Origin: Deltaproteobacteria bacterium
GTDB lineage: Bacteria > Desulfobacterota > Desulfomonilia > UBA1062
Length of the DNA: 64,000 nucleotides
Assembly: GCA_018436855.1 (NCBI GenBank)
Contig: JAHDKO010000135.1
Location: 22,929 to 86,928 of the forward strand
Reading direction: 5' to 3'
Positions 41,301-56,300 of this stretch are shown in pieces. Positions within the stretch are counted from its first letter, which is position 1. The number at the start of each line of letters is the position of its first letter. Below the pieces are notes generated by a model. It was not told where the DNA came from and did no database searches. It saw only the letters and a list, made by a program, of their open reading frames with translations. The position numbers were made by a program, and so were the translations under genes.

Positions 41301-44300
41301 AAGGTGGGCATCTATGGTGCTCCCCTCGATCCGGGTCGCATCCGCATACACGTGGGCGATGTCCCTGCAACGGTCGAAGGGGTTGTTTCCAGCGACACCG
41401 AAGAGCGTGTCGGAATCGTCACGGCTTCTGTTCCCCCCATTTCTTCAGGCGGCCAGTATGACCTCGTGATCGAGGTCGAGAAGGCAGGGCTGTGGCAGAC
41501 CATCACGCTCAAGGGCGGCATCGTGGTGGACGAGCCGGTCCGGTTCGACTCGGTAACCCCGCAGTGGGGGCCCATAACCGGCGGGACCATACTCACCATA
41601 AAGGGCGCCGGGTTCGAGCCCGGCAACACGGTGATGGACAGCCTGAAGATCACGATCGGCTCCACCCCGGTTTCCCGGGTGGATGTGATTTCTCATGAGC
41701 TGATCCGGGTCGTCACGCCCCGCGGTGTTTCCGGCCGTCAGCCCGTCCAGGGAGAGGACCGGTATGGAAACACCACGCAGCTCGAAGGCGACAAAGGATT
41801 CGGCTACGGGCTGAAGCTGTGCTCGAACATCATGCCCGACCTCGTCTACCCGAGTGATGTCTGGATCGATCCGGCAACGGGCGTGGCTGTCACCAACGGT
41901 GGATATCTCCATCAGGGTTATGACACGCAGAATATCCTGGGCATCGATTTCCCCGACACCATGCGGGCAGCCACCTTCGACATCCAGGACCCCTATGCCC
42001 CGCTCTTGGTGGGGGGCGAGTCTACCCTGCCGAGCGACGGCAAGGGCAGGGCCGCGATCATGCACGAGGCCACGGCCATGATCCTGGGCGCAATCAAGGA
42101 GGAGGGCGGCACTCTGTCCTCCGAGGAAGAGCACCTGCTGAAGCAGGCATCGACCCTTGAACAGAGCTGCGGGATCGATTCGATCCGCATCTTTCCGATC
42201 GCGGAGCTTGAGGAGGGTGTTGAGCGCAAGCGACTGTACGTCGCCGGCGGCCTGGGGGGTGTTGCCCGGCTGAACCTGGATGAGCTCAATGGCCTGCAGT
42301 TTATCAACGAGGCCCTTGCCGGGCGGGATTTGGTCACCGATATCTTCAAGAGCGGTTATGCGCTCTACGCCGTCAGGACCTCGCCGCATTCGGATGCAAA
42401 CCTGCCCAATGAAGGATGTGTCGATGTATCCGGCTACGGCATCCCAAAGGATGTCCAGGTGCTGAATTACACCGACCCGTTCGATCCGGTGGACATGGGC
42501 ACGCTTGCCGGCATGCAGGGCGGAACCGCCCTGCACTATGCTGACGGATGGCTCATGAGCGGCGGCAATCACAGCGCCCGCATGTGGGGACCCGACTGTC
42601 CGCCCACCTGGCCCGGATTCAGCGGCGCCGAGCCAGTGGACGAGGGAGACGGAATGGTTTCGGCCGCGTCTCTTCTGGACCCCTACCTGCAGACATTCAT
42701 TCCCTTCGAGGGCAATGTGCTCGACATCCTCACCCATGGCGACTATCTCGTCGCGGCGCTGGGCGGCCGAGGCGTGGAGATCGTGTACCGCGACCGGCCC
42801 GAAGACCGTACGCTCCTCGAGCTCGACGCCACCCTCCAGCACGACCCCGGTCGGGCCGTGCAGCTCAAGCTCTATGGAAGCACCCTGTTCGTTGCCGCGG
42901 AAAAGGGGATCGTGGTGTTCGACCTCTCCGATATCCACACCCCCAGGGTCGTGTCTGCGGGCAATACCGAGACCGTGATGGGTCTGGACGTCTATCTCGA
43001 CCGGATCGTTGCCGGCAGGGGCAGCGAGGGGCTCGGGCTCTTCCAGCTCCCCGGCGCGTTCGTCGTGGCGTCGAGCGTGTCCGAGGGCGGGACCCTGCCC
43101 TTGGCCGAGGATGAGCCGCTGTCGATCACCTTCAACGAGCTGGTAACCGTTGAATCTCTCCTGGCTGAAAATGCCGTGGAGCTGGTGCGGTTCGATCCGG
43201 AAACGCTCCATGAGCAGGAGGTTGCCTTTACCCTTGTGCCGCAGTTCGAGTCCGGGCAGGGCGAGGCGGCCAGGCGGTTCGTCGTCGATTTTACGAAGGA
43301 GCCTTTGAGCACCCTGGTGCTCCGGGTCAATGACGCACGCAACACCCGCGGCCAGACGCTCTGGGCGCCGTTCCGGCTCCAGTTCGCCGTGTCCGGGCAG
43401 GACGTGATGCGCCCCGTCATCACCTCGGTCGAAGGCGGTGTGTTCCACCACGGAGACCAGCCGGCCATCACCATCAGGGGGCGGGGCTTCGATGCCTCGA
43501 TCGAGGCCTGTATCGACCAGTACCCGGTTGCGGTGGTGTTCATCGATGCCGAAACACTCGAGATCCCCGCCGGCGCTACCGGTCTGCTGCCGCTCGTGCC
43601 GGGTCAGCATCACCTGGGACTGGAGCAGAGCGGCATGGAAGCTCTCTGGCACGGTGCCTTTGTCATGGGTGACTCCATCGCCGACGGTGAAGACCTCTTT
43701 GCCATCGATCCGGATTCGTCGCCGGCCGAAGGCGGCATCGGGATAACGGTCGAGGCCTCGGCCCCGGTGATCCTGCCGGGGACAAAGGTGGTTCTCAGGG
43801 CCGCAGGCAGTGATACGGAGATCTATACCGGCATCAACGACTTCGATATCTCCGAGGGCCAGGAGGCCGTTGACCTCTACGACGACGTTCGCACCCTGGA
43901 TTCGTTCAGCTTCATCCTGCCCGCTGTCGCATACCCGGACCTCTACCGGGTGTTCCTGCGCATGCCCTATGGCGACGGGTCCAAGGAAATCTATGCGGGC
44001 GACTTCTCCTACACCGTATCCTCCGGTCTGGGCATCGACCTCCCGAATTATCCTCCCATGGAGATCGGGGCCTCGCTGGTCGAGGGCGATATCCTCTATG
44101 TAGGCGTCAAAGCCGGCGAGAAGCCGACCGCCGCCAACCGCTTCCTGATGGAATCGGGTCTTGAGGTCTATGACATCTCCATATGGGAACGGCCGATCCG
44201 CCTGTCGCAGCTGCCCACGGACGACCCGGTGACCGGCCTTGCCGGTGCCGGCAACCTCCTCTTCATGGCGTGCGGGGCCTCGGGTATGGACGTGGCAGAT

Positions 44301-47300
44301 ATATCCGACCCGAGCAGGCCGCTCATCCTTGCCGGCATCGGAACCCCGGGCCACCGGGCAATGGACGTGGCCGTGAACGAGGTGGAAAGGGTCGTGGCCC
44401 TTGCTGCCGCCAATGACCTGGGGACCGGTTATGTCAGGTTCTTTGCCCTCGACGGCGAATCGTTCGGACCGGCCTCCGGGTATCAGACCATCTCTTTCGA
44501 TCAGGACCCCGCCGCTCCGGATGCGCTATTGGGCATGCCCGTGGATATCCAGTGGTTCCAGAACCGGCTGTACGTGCTCTACCTGAAAAAGATCGGCTTG
44601 GCATACAGCCTCCACCTCGCCGTGTTCGAATCCTTCGGCGATCAGCCCTCCTATACAACAGACCCGGTCGACATCCCTGCATCGGACACCCCGGCCGACT
44701 ATTCGCTCATGGTCAACCAGGGTCAGATCGGCATCTCCACACCGGAGAGCTATTCTATCGTGGAGCCCGGCGCCCAGGGCGGCTATGACATCGTCTATTG
44801 GCAGGCCCAGGGCCGTGGCACCGAGCTCTCCGTCTTCGGCGGCTCCCTGCTGATCGCGGACGCAGACGGCCTCCATGTCAATCCCGGCACCCGCCTGGTG
44901 GTGAGCGGCTGCTTCCCGAGCCCGGGGAGCCGTCTGTCCCGGCAGGACCGGATCCGGGTACGGCTCAACAACCTGATCAACACCTCGCCCGGGCACGTGG
45001 CATTGGCGGTGTCCCTGTCCACGCAGGACGGATCGACCGTTTCGCAGGACAATTATCAGATCGAGGCCGTCAACAGCATGCACGGCAGCACCATCGAGGT
45101 CTCCTTCACAGAACAGTTCGTCTACCAGGGCAGGCTTGCCTTCGCGCTCTCGACCGGTCTCACGGACATTCACGGACACGCGCTCCATGCGCCCCTGGAG
45201 GTCGAGTACAGCTATACCTCCGCTGACCGTCCGCACATCGACGCGGTCAAGAAGCTCTCGGGCGCCGACGCGCTCGACGTGCACTGCTTCCATGCCGACG
45301 GGACCGAGCAGGTGCTCGTCGAGGGCAGCGGGTTCGGCGACAACCTCGGCAGCATCTCGATACGCATCGGCCACACCCAGGTGATGGCGTCGGCCGTCAG
45401 CCACCTGGAAGACTCCCGCCTGATCTTCACCCTGCCCGATCTGCACGCGGGCGGCGCCACCCTCACCCTGCCGGTGGAGGTCATACACAACGACACCTCG
45501 CTCGGAGACATTCTCTACGGCGCGCTGCTGATCGTTCCCCGGATCGAGATCGACGACATCCGGCCTACAACCGGACCGCCCCAGGGAGGCAATTACGTGG
45601 ACATCTATGGCCGCGGCTTCGGGCACTCGAACATCGTCCGGTTCGGCGCGGCACGCGCAGGCGACCTCACCGTATTCAGCAGCGACCACATCCGGGTGCG
45701 TGTGCCGGCAGGGAGCTTCGGTCCGGCATCCGTGAGCGTCGAAAGCACGCTTTTCCCGGACGAGCTGAACCTCTCGCCCGTGGAATACTTCTATTCCGGC
45801 AAAGAGACGGGAAGCGTAAACCTCGCCACCGACAACCCCGCCCCCGTTTCTGCCGTTGCCGTCAGGGACCAGCTGCTCTATACCCTGACCGGAGGCCACT
45901 TCGACGTGCTGGACGAGCAGGGCAGGGTCACCAGGCGCCTGGCATCGAACACGGCCCGGCTCGTCCTGAGCGATGTGTCCGACCCGGTGCATCCGGTTAT
46001 CCTTGAGAAGGAGTTCCTGGGCGGCCTCAAACCATACCACTTCGAGGTGGAGTGCGGCCTGAGCCCGGACGGTTTCGTGGCACTGGCGCGGGAGGGAAGC
46101 AACCTCTTCGTTGCCGGAGGCCGCAAGGTCTACCATTTCGACATCACCATGCCGGCAGACCCGTGGCTCGTGAACAGCCTCACCCTGAACGGGAATATCA
46201 GCGACATCGTCCTCCATGGCGATCTGCTCTATGCAGCGGGCGCGGCAGGCATCGATATCTACCGGGTCATCCCCGACCAGCGCCTGACCCACCTGCACCG
46301 GGTGAGCACGGCATCCATCGGCGGGGCACCGGGAAGGATCACGCTCGAGGGCTCGAGCCTGTGGGCCGTGGTGCCTGCAGAGGGCCTGGTCGCGGAGATC
46401 GATCTCATGGGAGGCGACTACCGGATTCTCAGGAGCTTCCCGGCCATGGACACTGCAGCCGCACCCTTTACGCCCGAGGACATCATCGTCTACGCCGGCC
46501 TGGTGCTCGTCTCCAGCGGAGACCGCGGCACGGTCCAGCTCTTCGTGCTCGACAGCGATACCGGCGCAACCCCGGCAGCCGACCTGAAGCTCGCCTATCT
46601 GATCAAAAACGGAACGGTCTTTGCCGGGCAGATGGAGCTCATCGGCCAGACCCTCTACGTCGCGGCAGGCCAGGGAGACGTGCAGGTGTTCGACCTCTCG
46701 GCCTGGCTGGACGGCAACTACCTGGGTGAGACCCCGCTCGTCGACTACTTCGCGGTCACGGGTGACGTGAAGACCATCGCCTTCTCTCCCGATGCGATCT
46801 ATGCCGGGACCGCGTTCGCCTACGTGGACGGCGAGCCCCGGGAAAACCCCATCACAGGCACGGAGACCGCCAACACCATCGGCGGCGGGCTGAACACGAT
46901 CCTGAACGACAAGCTCCTGATCATCGGCCAGAAGCCGCTGGCGGGCGGAGCCCTGCCGGCCGGCGATCCCATCGAGATCCGGTTCAACCGCATCCTGGAT
47001 CACGCCCAGATCGCAGGCGGCGGGTCTATCGTCGAGGTGACGCTCGACGGCGCACCCGTTGCGGGATTTGTCAGCCAGCGGGTGAACAACGACGGCTCCT
47101 GCCTGATGTTCCGCCCCCTGAACCCCCTGGAGGCGAACAAGCGCCACCGTCTCGTTCTCTCACCTGAGATCCGGGATATTCACGGCAACACCATTGCCGG
47201 CCAGTACTCGTTTTTCTTTGTGGCCGCAGACGGGGTGCAGCCGCAGATAGACTCTGTCGAACCGCCCTACGGAACCTGGCGCGGCTGTGACACCGTGGTC

Positions 47301-50300
47301 GTCCGCGGCAGCGGGTTTGACGAAAACACGCAGATTCAGGTGGGCTCCACGGTGGTCGGCGCCTCCGACATCATCAGCATCCGCGACGACGAGATCGTGT
47401 TCAGGCTGCCAGCGCTCACAGAGGCCCCCGGCGCAAACAGGCCCGTGGGCATCTCGGTGAGCAACGGGGTTTTGTCCGATGTCAGGGCAGGGGCCTTCAC
47501 CTACATCACCGACGCCTCCATCAGCTCGATCGGCTCATACAGCAGGGAGACCGGCCTGTTCAACCCCGCGGTCAAGACCTTCTTCTATAACGCGGGCGAA
47601 CACATCGGAATCCGGGGCCAGGGCATCGGCCCCATGACCAGGGTGTGGATCAACGGCATCGAGGCCAGGAACGTCCGCATCGAGAGCTCGGACCTCATCA
47701 GCCTGCAGGTTCCGGACGACACGGTCGGCACGCTGACCGTGGAGGTCGGAAACGGCGGCTATTCGGAGGGCACCTCGGCCTACAGCGGTCTTCGGGTCGT
47801 GTTCGAGTCCATGAGGCAGCTCTCGGGAGTGAGCTGCATTCAGCGCCAGGGCGACCTGCTCCTCACGGCGGGCGGCCGCGAGGCGAGGCTGTACAGCCTT
47901 CGGGACAGCAGTGTTCCCGTGCTGCTCGCCAAGATGGCCGTCTCCGGCAACGTCCTGAAGACGGCCCTGACCGGGGCTCACGTGGCGGTGCTGCACGGCG
48001 CGCAGAAGGACATCGATGTCTTCGACATCACCAATATCTACGACCCTCGGCTCATCAACCGCTTCAAGAACGTGAACTCGGAGCGCAGCTTCACGGACAT
48101 CCGGCTGCTCGATTCCCACCTCTATGCCCTGGCCGGCGGTATGCTGTACTACGGCAATGTCCGGAGCAGCGACCTGAGCGCGCTCGAGCTCAGGCAGACC
48201 GAGGACCTGGTAGATTTCGACGTCAGGCAGGGCGGGCTGTACCTCCTGTATGCCGACCAGATAGAGCTGAGGAACCAGTATCGTCCCGAGGTGCTCCTGA
48301 ACACGTACACGCACCTGATGCTCGACCCCGAGGGCATCGACCTCATCGAGACGGGCGCCATTGTCACCGGCGGAATGGACTACTGGCTGGTGGACACCAC
48401 GGCCCTGGAAAACTTCCACCCGAACCGCCTCATCGGCCACCGCTTCACCGGCGTATGCGACCGGGTCGTGCAGAACGGCGAGATCGCTGCCATCGCCGGC
48501 AACGGGCGCATCCGCCTGTACGACACCGGTATCGCCTCCGAGGGCGAGCTGTCCCACCGTGAGCTTGCCGAGGTATATAACCAACGGCAGAACCAGACGG
48601 TGCAGTGGCTGCACTTTTCCGGCGATCTGCTGGAGTGGGTCTCGGGTGGTGAGTACTTTAATGCCCGCATCCCGATTCCCAACGTGTGGAAGGCCGAGCC
48701 CTCATGGATCACCAACCCGGACGAGACGATCCGCGTGTCGGTGACCGGAGATTCCGCTGCCTGGCGGGATGTGTCGTGCAGGGTTTCCTCGTTCTACGAT
48801 CAGGCCGGGTCTGTCTCGGGATCGACGATCCTCGAGGGAAAAAGGCTGACCTTCCTGCCCTCGGCAGGTCTGTTCCAGGTCAACGACCTCTACGACGTGG
48901 TTCTGCTGCAGCAGCCGCGCGAGACCGTGAAGGGCGCTGCGGTACAGGTGGACCTGCCCTGGCGGATCGGGTCTGCGGCCGCCTTCGGGCTCCTTCCCAT
49001 CGAGCTCGGGCATATCACGCCCGCAAGCGTGATCGAAGGCGTGCACAACAGCTATACCGTCACCGGGGCAAACCTCGGCCAGGCATCCGAGGTGAGGCTC
49101 GGAGATCTCATCCTGTATCCGGGTGATTTCACGGTGAACGATTCGGGCACCGAGCTGACCTTTGCCGGTACCATGCCGGGGTCGGGCCTGTATTCCCTGT
49201 CGGTCATGCAGGAAGACCAGGCGGACGTGCTTGCCGCCGCGGTTCTTGCCATCGATGCCCTGGCGATCCATTCCGTGAGCTCGGACCACCCGCAGTCGTC
49301 CGCGGTGGTGAGCGAACAGGGCGGAGACATGGTGACCGTGCTCGGAGAGGGCATGACCCCGGACATATCCGTTCACTGGTATCCATCGGGACAGGGCATG
49401 CAGCCCTCCAGGACCAACACCGTGCCGTTCGCGCTCATAAGCGGCGGACTGACCTTCACCACCTCGGAGATGACAAAAGGCCTCGACTACCAGGTGGTGA
49501 TCGTAAAGAGCTCCACGGGCGAGTGCGCCGATGCGGGCGAGAGCAGGCTCCTGACCGTCATCGACGACAGGGCGCCCACCATATGCGTTGCCCAGCCGCT
49601 CGGCCGCCTCCAGCCGCTCATACTGGAGGCCGATGAGCCGATCCGCGCCGGGGCCGACCGGTCGTTTGCCGTGATCAAGCAATTCCGCGATTATTCGGAC
49701 ACACCTGATCAGGACATCTCGGGCCGTTTCGACACGCTCCTGAGCACGGGCAACCGGCTCGTCCTGAGACTTGCCTCGGGTCAGGTGCTCGAGCCCAATG
49801 CGGTGTACACCGTCACGATCAGCGATCTGCAGGACCTGGCCGGGAACACGGCCAACAGCATCAACGGCATCCAGGCAGGCACCATGACCCATGTGCTGCG
49901 CGCCGAGGACCTGCTCGCCCCCCGGCAGGATTCGATCCGGTTCGTGATCGCGGCAACGGACGAGCCCGTCCAGGACGTCACGGTCCTGAAACGGGGAAAG
50001 AGCTACACCTTTGCCGTCTCGGCAATCGACAACTACGTGGAGGCCGATGAACTGTCCTACTCGTACCGCTATTCGCTCGATGGCGGCGTCTCCTATATCA
50101 CGAACTGGATAAGCCTCAAGAATACGGATGGCCGTGCGGTCTTCTCCATCGATATAACCGACACGTTCCAGAGGCTCGGGGTCATGGTCCGGGCAAGCGA
50201 CGGCAGGAACACGAGCGACAGATGCTTCGAGGCCACCGTGACCGACCCGCAGATCGTTCTGTCCGCAGACCCGCCCGGGTTCGTCACCACACCCGATCCG

Positions 50301-53300
50301 GTCGAGGAGCTCGACGACCTGACGCTCACGTTCAATCTGACCGGCGACATCGACGTCATCGATTCGGCCCGGATCAGGGTCTTCGAGGGCGGCCAGTGGA
50401 GGCAGATCAGCCCGGTCAGCGTGGTCCGGACAACGGGAATGGCGACCCTGAGCATGGAGCTGGGCTATCTCTGCGATGTACCCGGCTACAACGGGGAGAG
50501 CTCCCTGGAAATACCCGTTGTCCTGAGCGTGGGCTACGACGCTGTGGTCGACTTTGCACGCTTCGAGAGGCAGTTCACCCTGTATAAAGACTTCACCCCG
50601 CCCGATCTCAGGATCGTCTCGCCCAAGGACGGCGATTACGTACCCAGGGGCCGGCAGGTCGAGATGATCCTCCAGTCGTTCGACCGCTACGGGATCGACC
50701 GGGTGGAGGTGTGCCTCGACAGCTCCTCGCCCGGGATCTTCGACGATCCACTGGCGTGCGGCGCCCTGGCGGACCCGACCGTGTACCGGTTCACGGTGCC
50801 TGAGGATGCGGAAGAGCCCATCACCCTTGCCGCCCGCGCCTGGGACCTCAACGGGCTCGTGAGCGAGCCGCGCACCATCACCGTGCAGCCCTTCGCGCCG
50901 GGCGACGCTCTTCCCAAGGTCGCCATCCTCTCACCCGCCAACGGGGCATCGTTCCATGCCGGCGAAGAGGTCGGCTTCCGGCTCCTGATGGAGGATGTCT
51001 CGGAGTCGCGGCTGTATTTCGATATCGGCGGCATCCAGGACGATCCGGGCAACCCGCCCCCGAGAGCCATAACCCGCACGGAGGGAGAGCCCGCGGTGTT
51101 TACCCTGAACTCGGTGATCCCGGTGGTGCCCGAAGACTGCGTCGTGGTGGTGCGGCTCGAAGCGGTATCGGAAACCAACGAGCTCGTGAGCCAGTGCTAC
51201 CTGAACGTGTTTGCGGACGAGGGCATCGACGAGACGCCGGTGATCGACGTCTCCCCAGCCTCGCATGCGCTCGCCGGCACCGAGCTCCTGATCAACGCGG
51301 TCAAGCCCGAGGGCATGGACGATTACGATGCCGGGTCGTACCTGCACGTCGAAGAGATCGGGGTCCCGGGGACCACGGTCGACTATCCCATGGACAGCGG
51401 CCTGCACCGCTATCCCTTGAGCACAGCCACGAGCGCGGTGGCCATCGATGCCTTCCTGCACGACCGCTCCGGCCATGTGAAGCACGAAGCCAGGCAGGTG
51501 GGCAGGTATCCCTATTTCTCGGGAGACTGGACCGTCTGCCATCAGATCGGCGACAGCACCCGGAGGATAGGCTCCGTGGCCGCGGTCCCGGGTTATACCG
51601 GGGGGACTGTCTGGCCGGAGAACGATATCGTGGGCGGCTACCGTATCCGGAGCCTCTCCGGAACCATTCACGAGACGGCAACCGGCCGGGTGGAGTCCGT
51701 GTTCTTCAGCGGAACAGGGCTCGTCGCCCAGGTGGAGGACAGCGGGCAGCGGCATGTGCTGTTCCTGCGGCTCGTGCAGGGTGTGTTCGGCACTCCGTGG
51801 ACAGCCAAACTCAGCGGCGAGGTGGTCGGCGCATACGGCTCAGTGGTTTTCGTCCGCAACGGCGATCTCATCAGCGGCCTGTTTGCAACCGTGGACGGGT
51901 TCGTTCCGATCACGGGTCATGCCGTTGACGAGCCGATCATCTCATTGTCCCAGAGCGACCGGCGCATCTTCGTGCTCACCTCTTCGGGACTCCGGGTTCT
52001 GGAAATGACCGATATGCAGGCGATGCCCAAGATCGTACAACGCTCAACCCATGCGTTCGACGGGTATGAAGGCGTTGGTGTGTCCGGCGGCCGTCTCCTG
52101 CTCTGGCGGGCAGGAGAGGTGGACAGGTATGTCCTGGCCCACGACGGGAGCATCGGCGAACCCGACCGGAACATGCAGGCGGGCGGCACGGTCGAGCGTG
52201 TGGTAGAAGACGGCGAGCTCATGTGGATCTACACCTTGGACGAGCGTGTGGGCGATCACTGGCAGGCCTGGCTCGACGGCGAGCACGTGGCCAATCTCGG
52301 CGGCACGGGTGAAAGGATCGCCCTTGCCGCGGGGAGGATGTACCGCGTCGTGGAGAGCCCGGCCGGAGACAGCATCCAGTACCGGGAAATCGGTGTCACC
52401 GACCAGTCGCAGCCGTTGAACCTTGCCGCATATCCGCTCCCCACCGGCGTCCTGATCGCCGGCCCGAGCGATGACCCGTCCATGGGTCTGGAGCAGGTGT
52501 ATTTCACCGGGGAAGAGGGTACTCTCCTGCCGGCGGTATCCATGTGGTACACCGGGCAGTACGACGGGGTGTCCGGAGAGCAGGTGCCCCACGGCCGGGC
52601 ATGGTTCATCCGCCATGCACATACCGGAGCCCGGGTGACGGCCCATGCAATCGGCCACGGCGGTACACTGCGGGAGCAGATCATCGATACCCCGTTCGCT
52701 CCGCAGACCGGCACCATCGGCCTCACACCGGCAGACGGGTCCTGGATTGCCGCGGGCGCTCACGTTCCGCTTGCCGCGGAGATGGATCAGACCACGCTGA
52801 CAGCCGACTGCCTGCTCTCCGCAGGCAGCGACACCTCCCGCACCATTTCCGGCACGCACCATCTCTATCGCTGGCTGACCATGCCGGATTCCGGCAGCAT
52901 GGAGGTTTCGTGCTCCATAAATGCAGCCCCTGCCGCCGCAGCGGTCATCTCCGCCATCGACAACGACCCCACCCTGGCGGCGGTCACGATCGGATCGGTG
53001 GCGAACAACCAGTGCTTCCCCGAGGGTGAGGTCGTCAGCGCGACGTACCGGGTTCTGGTCCAGGAGGGCGCCCCGGAGCTGAATTACGTGGAGATAACGC
53101 TCGTCGACTATAACGGCAACGAAAAGGCGCGCCTGCACGCCGGGCAACCGGAAGGGGCATTTACCCTCAGGCTGCCCGACGTCCTGTCGCAGGAGCCCTG
53201 CGAGCTCAAGGTGCGGGCCTATTTCGGGCCGCAGTATCACTACAGCGAGAATGCCTGCAACATCAGGGTGACCCCCCGGGTGAGCATGCCTGTGCCGGTC

Positions 53301-56300
53301 ATCGACGGGCTGCCCGGCACGGTCTACCCGCAGACGCGGCTGTGCCTCGAACTCATGCAGCAGCTCCCGGGCGGCCAGGTTCAGGCGCTCGGGTCCGAGT
53401 TCGGCGCCTCGCTCAGGGTATTCCGGGGCGACGAGGCGGTCCCGGTTGCCTCTGCCGACCGTGCGGTGCTGAACATGGACGTGCCGGCGGATGCGGCGGC
53501 CCTGACTATTGTCGGGCAGATTCAGGATGCATCCGGGAACTCCCGCGAAACCAGGCAGCGGATCCTGGTCATCGACCACCTGCGGTGTGCCCCTGCGGCG
53601 CAGACACTCGCGTATGACGCCTTCCTGCCCGCAGTGGGCGGGTACTGGTATGCGAAGGGTCATGACCTTTCGAGCAGCACCGGCAGTAATCATGCCTTCG
53701 AGGCGCCGGTGACGGCACTCGCGCACCTGGGCAGCAACCTGCTCGTGGCACTTGAGGGAACGGGGCTCGTGATCGTGGACCCCGAGCAGGAGTTCCGGAT
53801 GCTCGGAAACAGAACCCTCTCCGCGAGGATCGAGCACCTGGCCGCCAATGAACAGCGTATCGTGGCGGCGACCCGGAATTCCCTGCTTCTCTACCGGGTG
53901 AGCGGCAATGACATGGAGTATTTCAGAACCCTGGCCCTGCACGACGAGATCCTGGATGTCAGGCCGTACGGTGATGCCTTCCTGGTGCTGACCTGTCACG
54001 AGCTGCGCATGATCGACGCCGGGGGGACCACCCTCCACGCCGCTCAGGGCAGCGAGTTCAGGGCCATGGCGGTACACGACAGGGAATTCTACGTGCTCGA
54101 TGCATACGGCGAGCTGGCAAAATACGGATCGGACCTCACCCGGCTGGCCTCGCTGAGCCGGGCCGGCGGAGAGCGGATGGTCGCCCTCCAGGGCTATCTG
54201 GCCCTGATGGACAGCATGTCGGGCATGATCCGGGTCGTGGATGTGGGCAGTCGTGGTCGTATGGAGCTTGTTGCCGCATGGCCCGTGGGTTTTGCGCCCT
54301 TCATAGCCGATGCGGCCGTATCATCCGGGATGATCTTCTCGGGCGATGCCCGGGGCACGATCGTCGAGGTCGCATACCCCGAGTCCGGCTTCGAGGTGCT
54401 CTTCGATGCAGAGACCGCAGGCAAGCCCACGCCCGGATACGTGCTCGATCTCGCCCTGTGCGACGGCATCGCCGTGAGTGCTGCGGACAACTACGGGGCT
54501 ATTGTCTACCGGCCTGACAGCCGGGGCGCATACTCCCAGCAGTCGTATCCTGCCACCGGATTTGCCGAGGCCGCGGGCAGAGCCGCCTGCGACAAGCAGC
54601 GCTGCTATGTGCTCCAGCCCAGGGAGAACCGCGTGCGCTTCTTCGACCCGGCAATACTCCAGGGAGGAGATCTCTTCGCCGGCCGGGCGTTTGTCGATCT
54701 CGCACTGACGAGTTCCCACGTCGTTGCCGCCGAGGGCGGCAGCCTGTACCGGGCGAGCCGTGCGGATCTTTCCGAGCAGCCCGCGATCGATGTTGCGGGG
54801 AGTGAGAACATTGTCCGGATCGCTGCAGGCGGATATCGGGTCGCGGCGGTGACCGACGCGAACAGCATTTATCTGGCCGACATGCAGACCGCCGGTGTCA
54901 GGGCCGTGGTGGAGGGCGAGGCCCAGCCCATAGGCCTTGTCGCCCTGAGCAACGACTACCTGTTCTACAGCCTGGGCACCGGCATTCGCCGGGTCAGAAT
55001 ACACGACGGCGCGGTTGTAGACGGCGGGCTGCAGGGTGCGCGGTACATCGCGGCCCTGGAATATGCCCAGGGTCTGCTGTGGTGCGCCTTCGAGCATGAC
55101 GACGGATACGGCGTGGCCGCTCTGGATCCCATGAATCTGAGCACGGTGGACGGCTCCATCGTCGATCTGGACACCGAGATCACGGCGCTGGCCGTCGAGA
55201 ACGACCGTCTGGCGGTCGGGCTGGGCAGCCAGGGCATACGGGTCTACCTGATGCCGCAGAGGCTGATGAGGGCCCAGGCATCTCCGGATACCCCGCTTGC
55301 CGGGGTCACCTTCCAGTGCACGGACCTCATGCGGGTGCAGATGCCGCAGTCACCGGGCGTGGCGGCGGTGCAGTACCTGATCAATGGCGAGACGGTCGCA
55401 ACCGGCAGCCATGCACCCTTCGCCGTCGACATCCCCCTGCCCGCGAACCTGCCCAACGGGCAGCCCTTTGTGCTCGACACGCGCCTGGAGTGTGTCTCCG
55501 GCGCGGTGATCGATGCCGAGCAGAGGCCATTGTTCCTCCATTCAAAAGGGCTTGCGGCCAATGACCTGAGGGTGGAGGTGCAGGTTTCCGAGCACAGTTG
55601 GGGACCTGCCCCTCTGGAGATCCGGGCCGGCATCGTCCATACCGACCATCCGATTTCACGGGTCGAGTATTACCTCTCCCAGAGCCCGATGGGACCCTAC
55701 CAGTTTATCGGCGAGCATTTCGGGCCCGAGTTTGTCATCTTCCGCTACTACGACGACAGCTACAGCGGATACTATGTCAAGGTGCGCGCCATCGATGTGT
55801 TCGGCAACGCGGTGGACTCGCTCCCGAAGCGGTTCTACCGGCACCAGGACAATGCAAACCCCACGGCCGGGTTTGCGGTGACCGGCCTTGCGGTCAAGGA
55901 CGGCGGCTCGCGCGTGGTGGTCGACACCGGCTACCGGGTGGCGGTCACGGTCGGCGACGCCGAGAGCGGGGTCAGGCAGGCCTTCCTGAAGAGCCGCGGC
56001 AGGATCGTCAAGGCGATCTTCGGCCAGGGCACCATCACCCTGGACGAAATCGCCGGGTCGCTGGGCACCCTCGTCTACGATGTCGAGGTGACCGACAACG
56101 CCGGCAACTGCTGCACTGCATCGCATGTCATCGAGGTGGTGAGCGACAGCAGCCCGGACCTTCAGATCGACAACTCTCCGGCCTCCATACGCGAGAGGAC
56201 GAGCTTCACGGTGAAATTCACCGCTGAAGACGACGTGAGCCTGGCGTTTGCCGAGATATCCTGGAACGGGTTCACCACGCACGTGGACCTCGGTTCCGCG

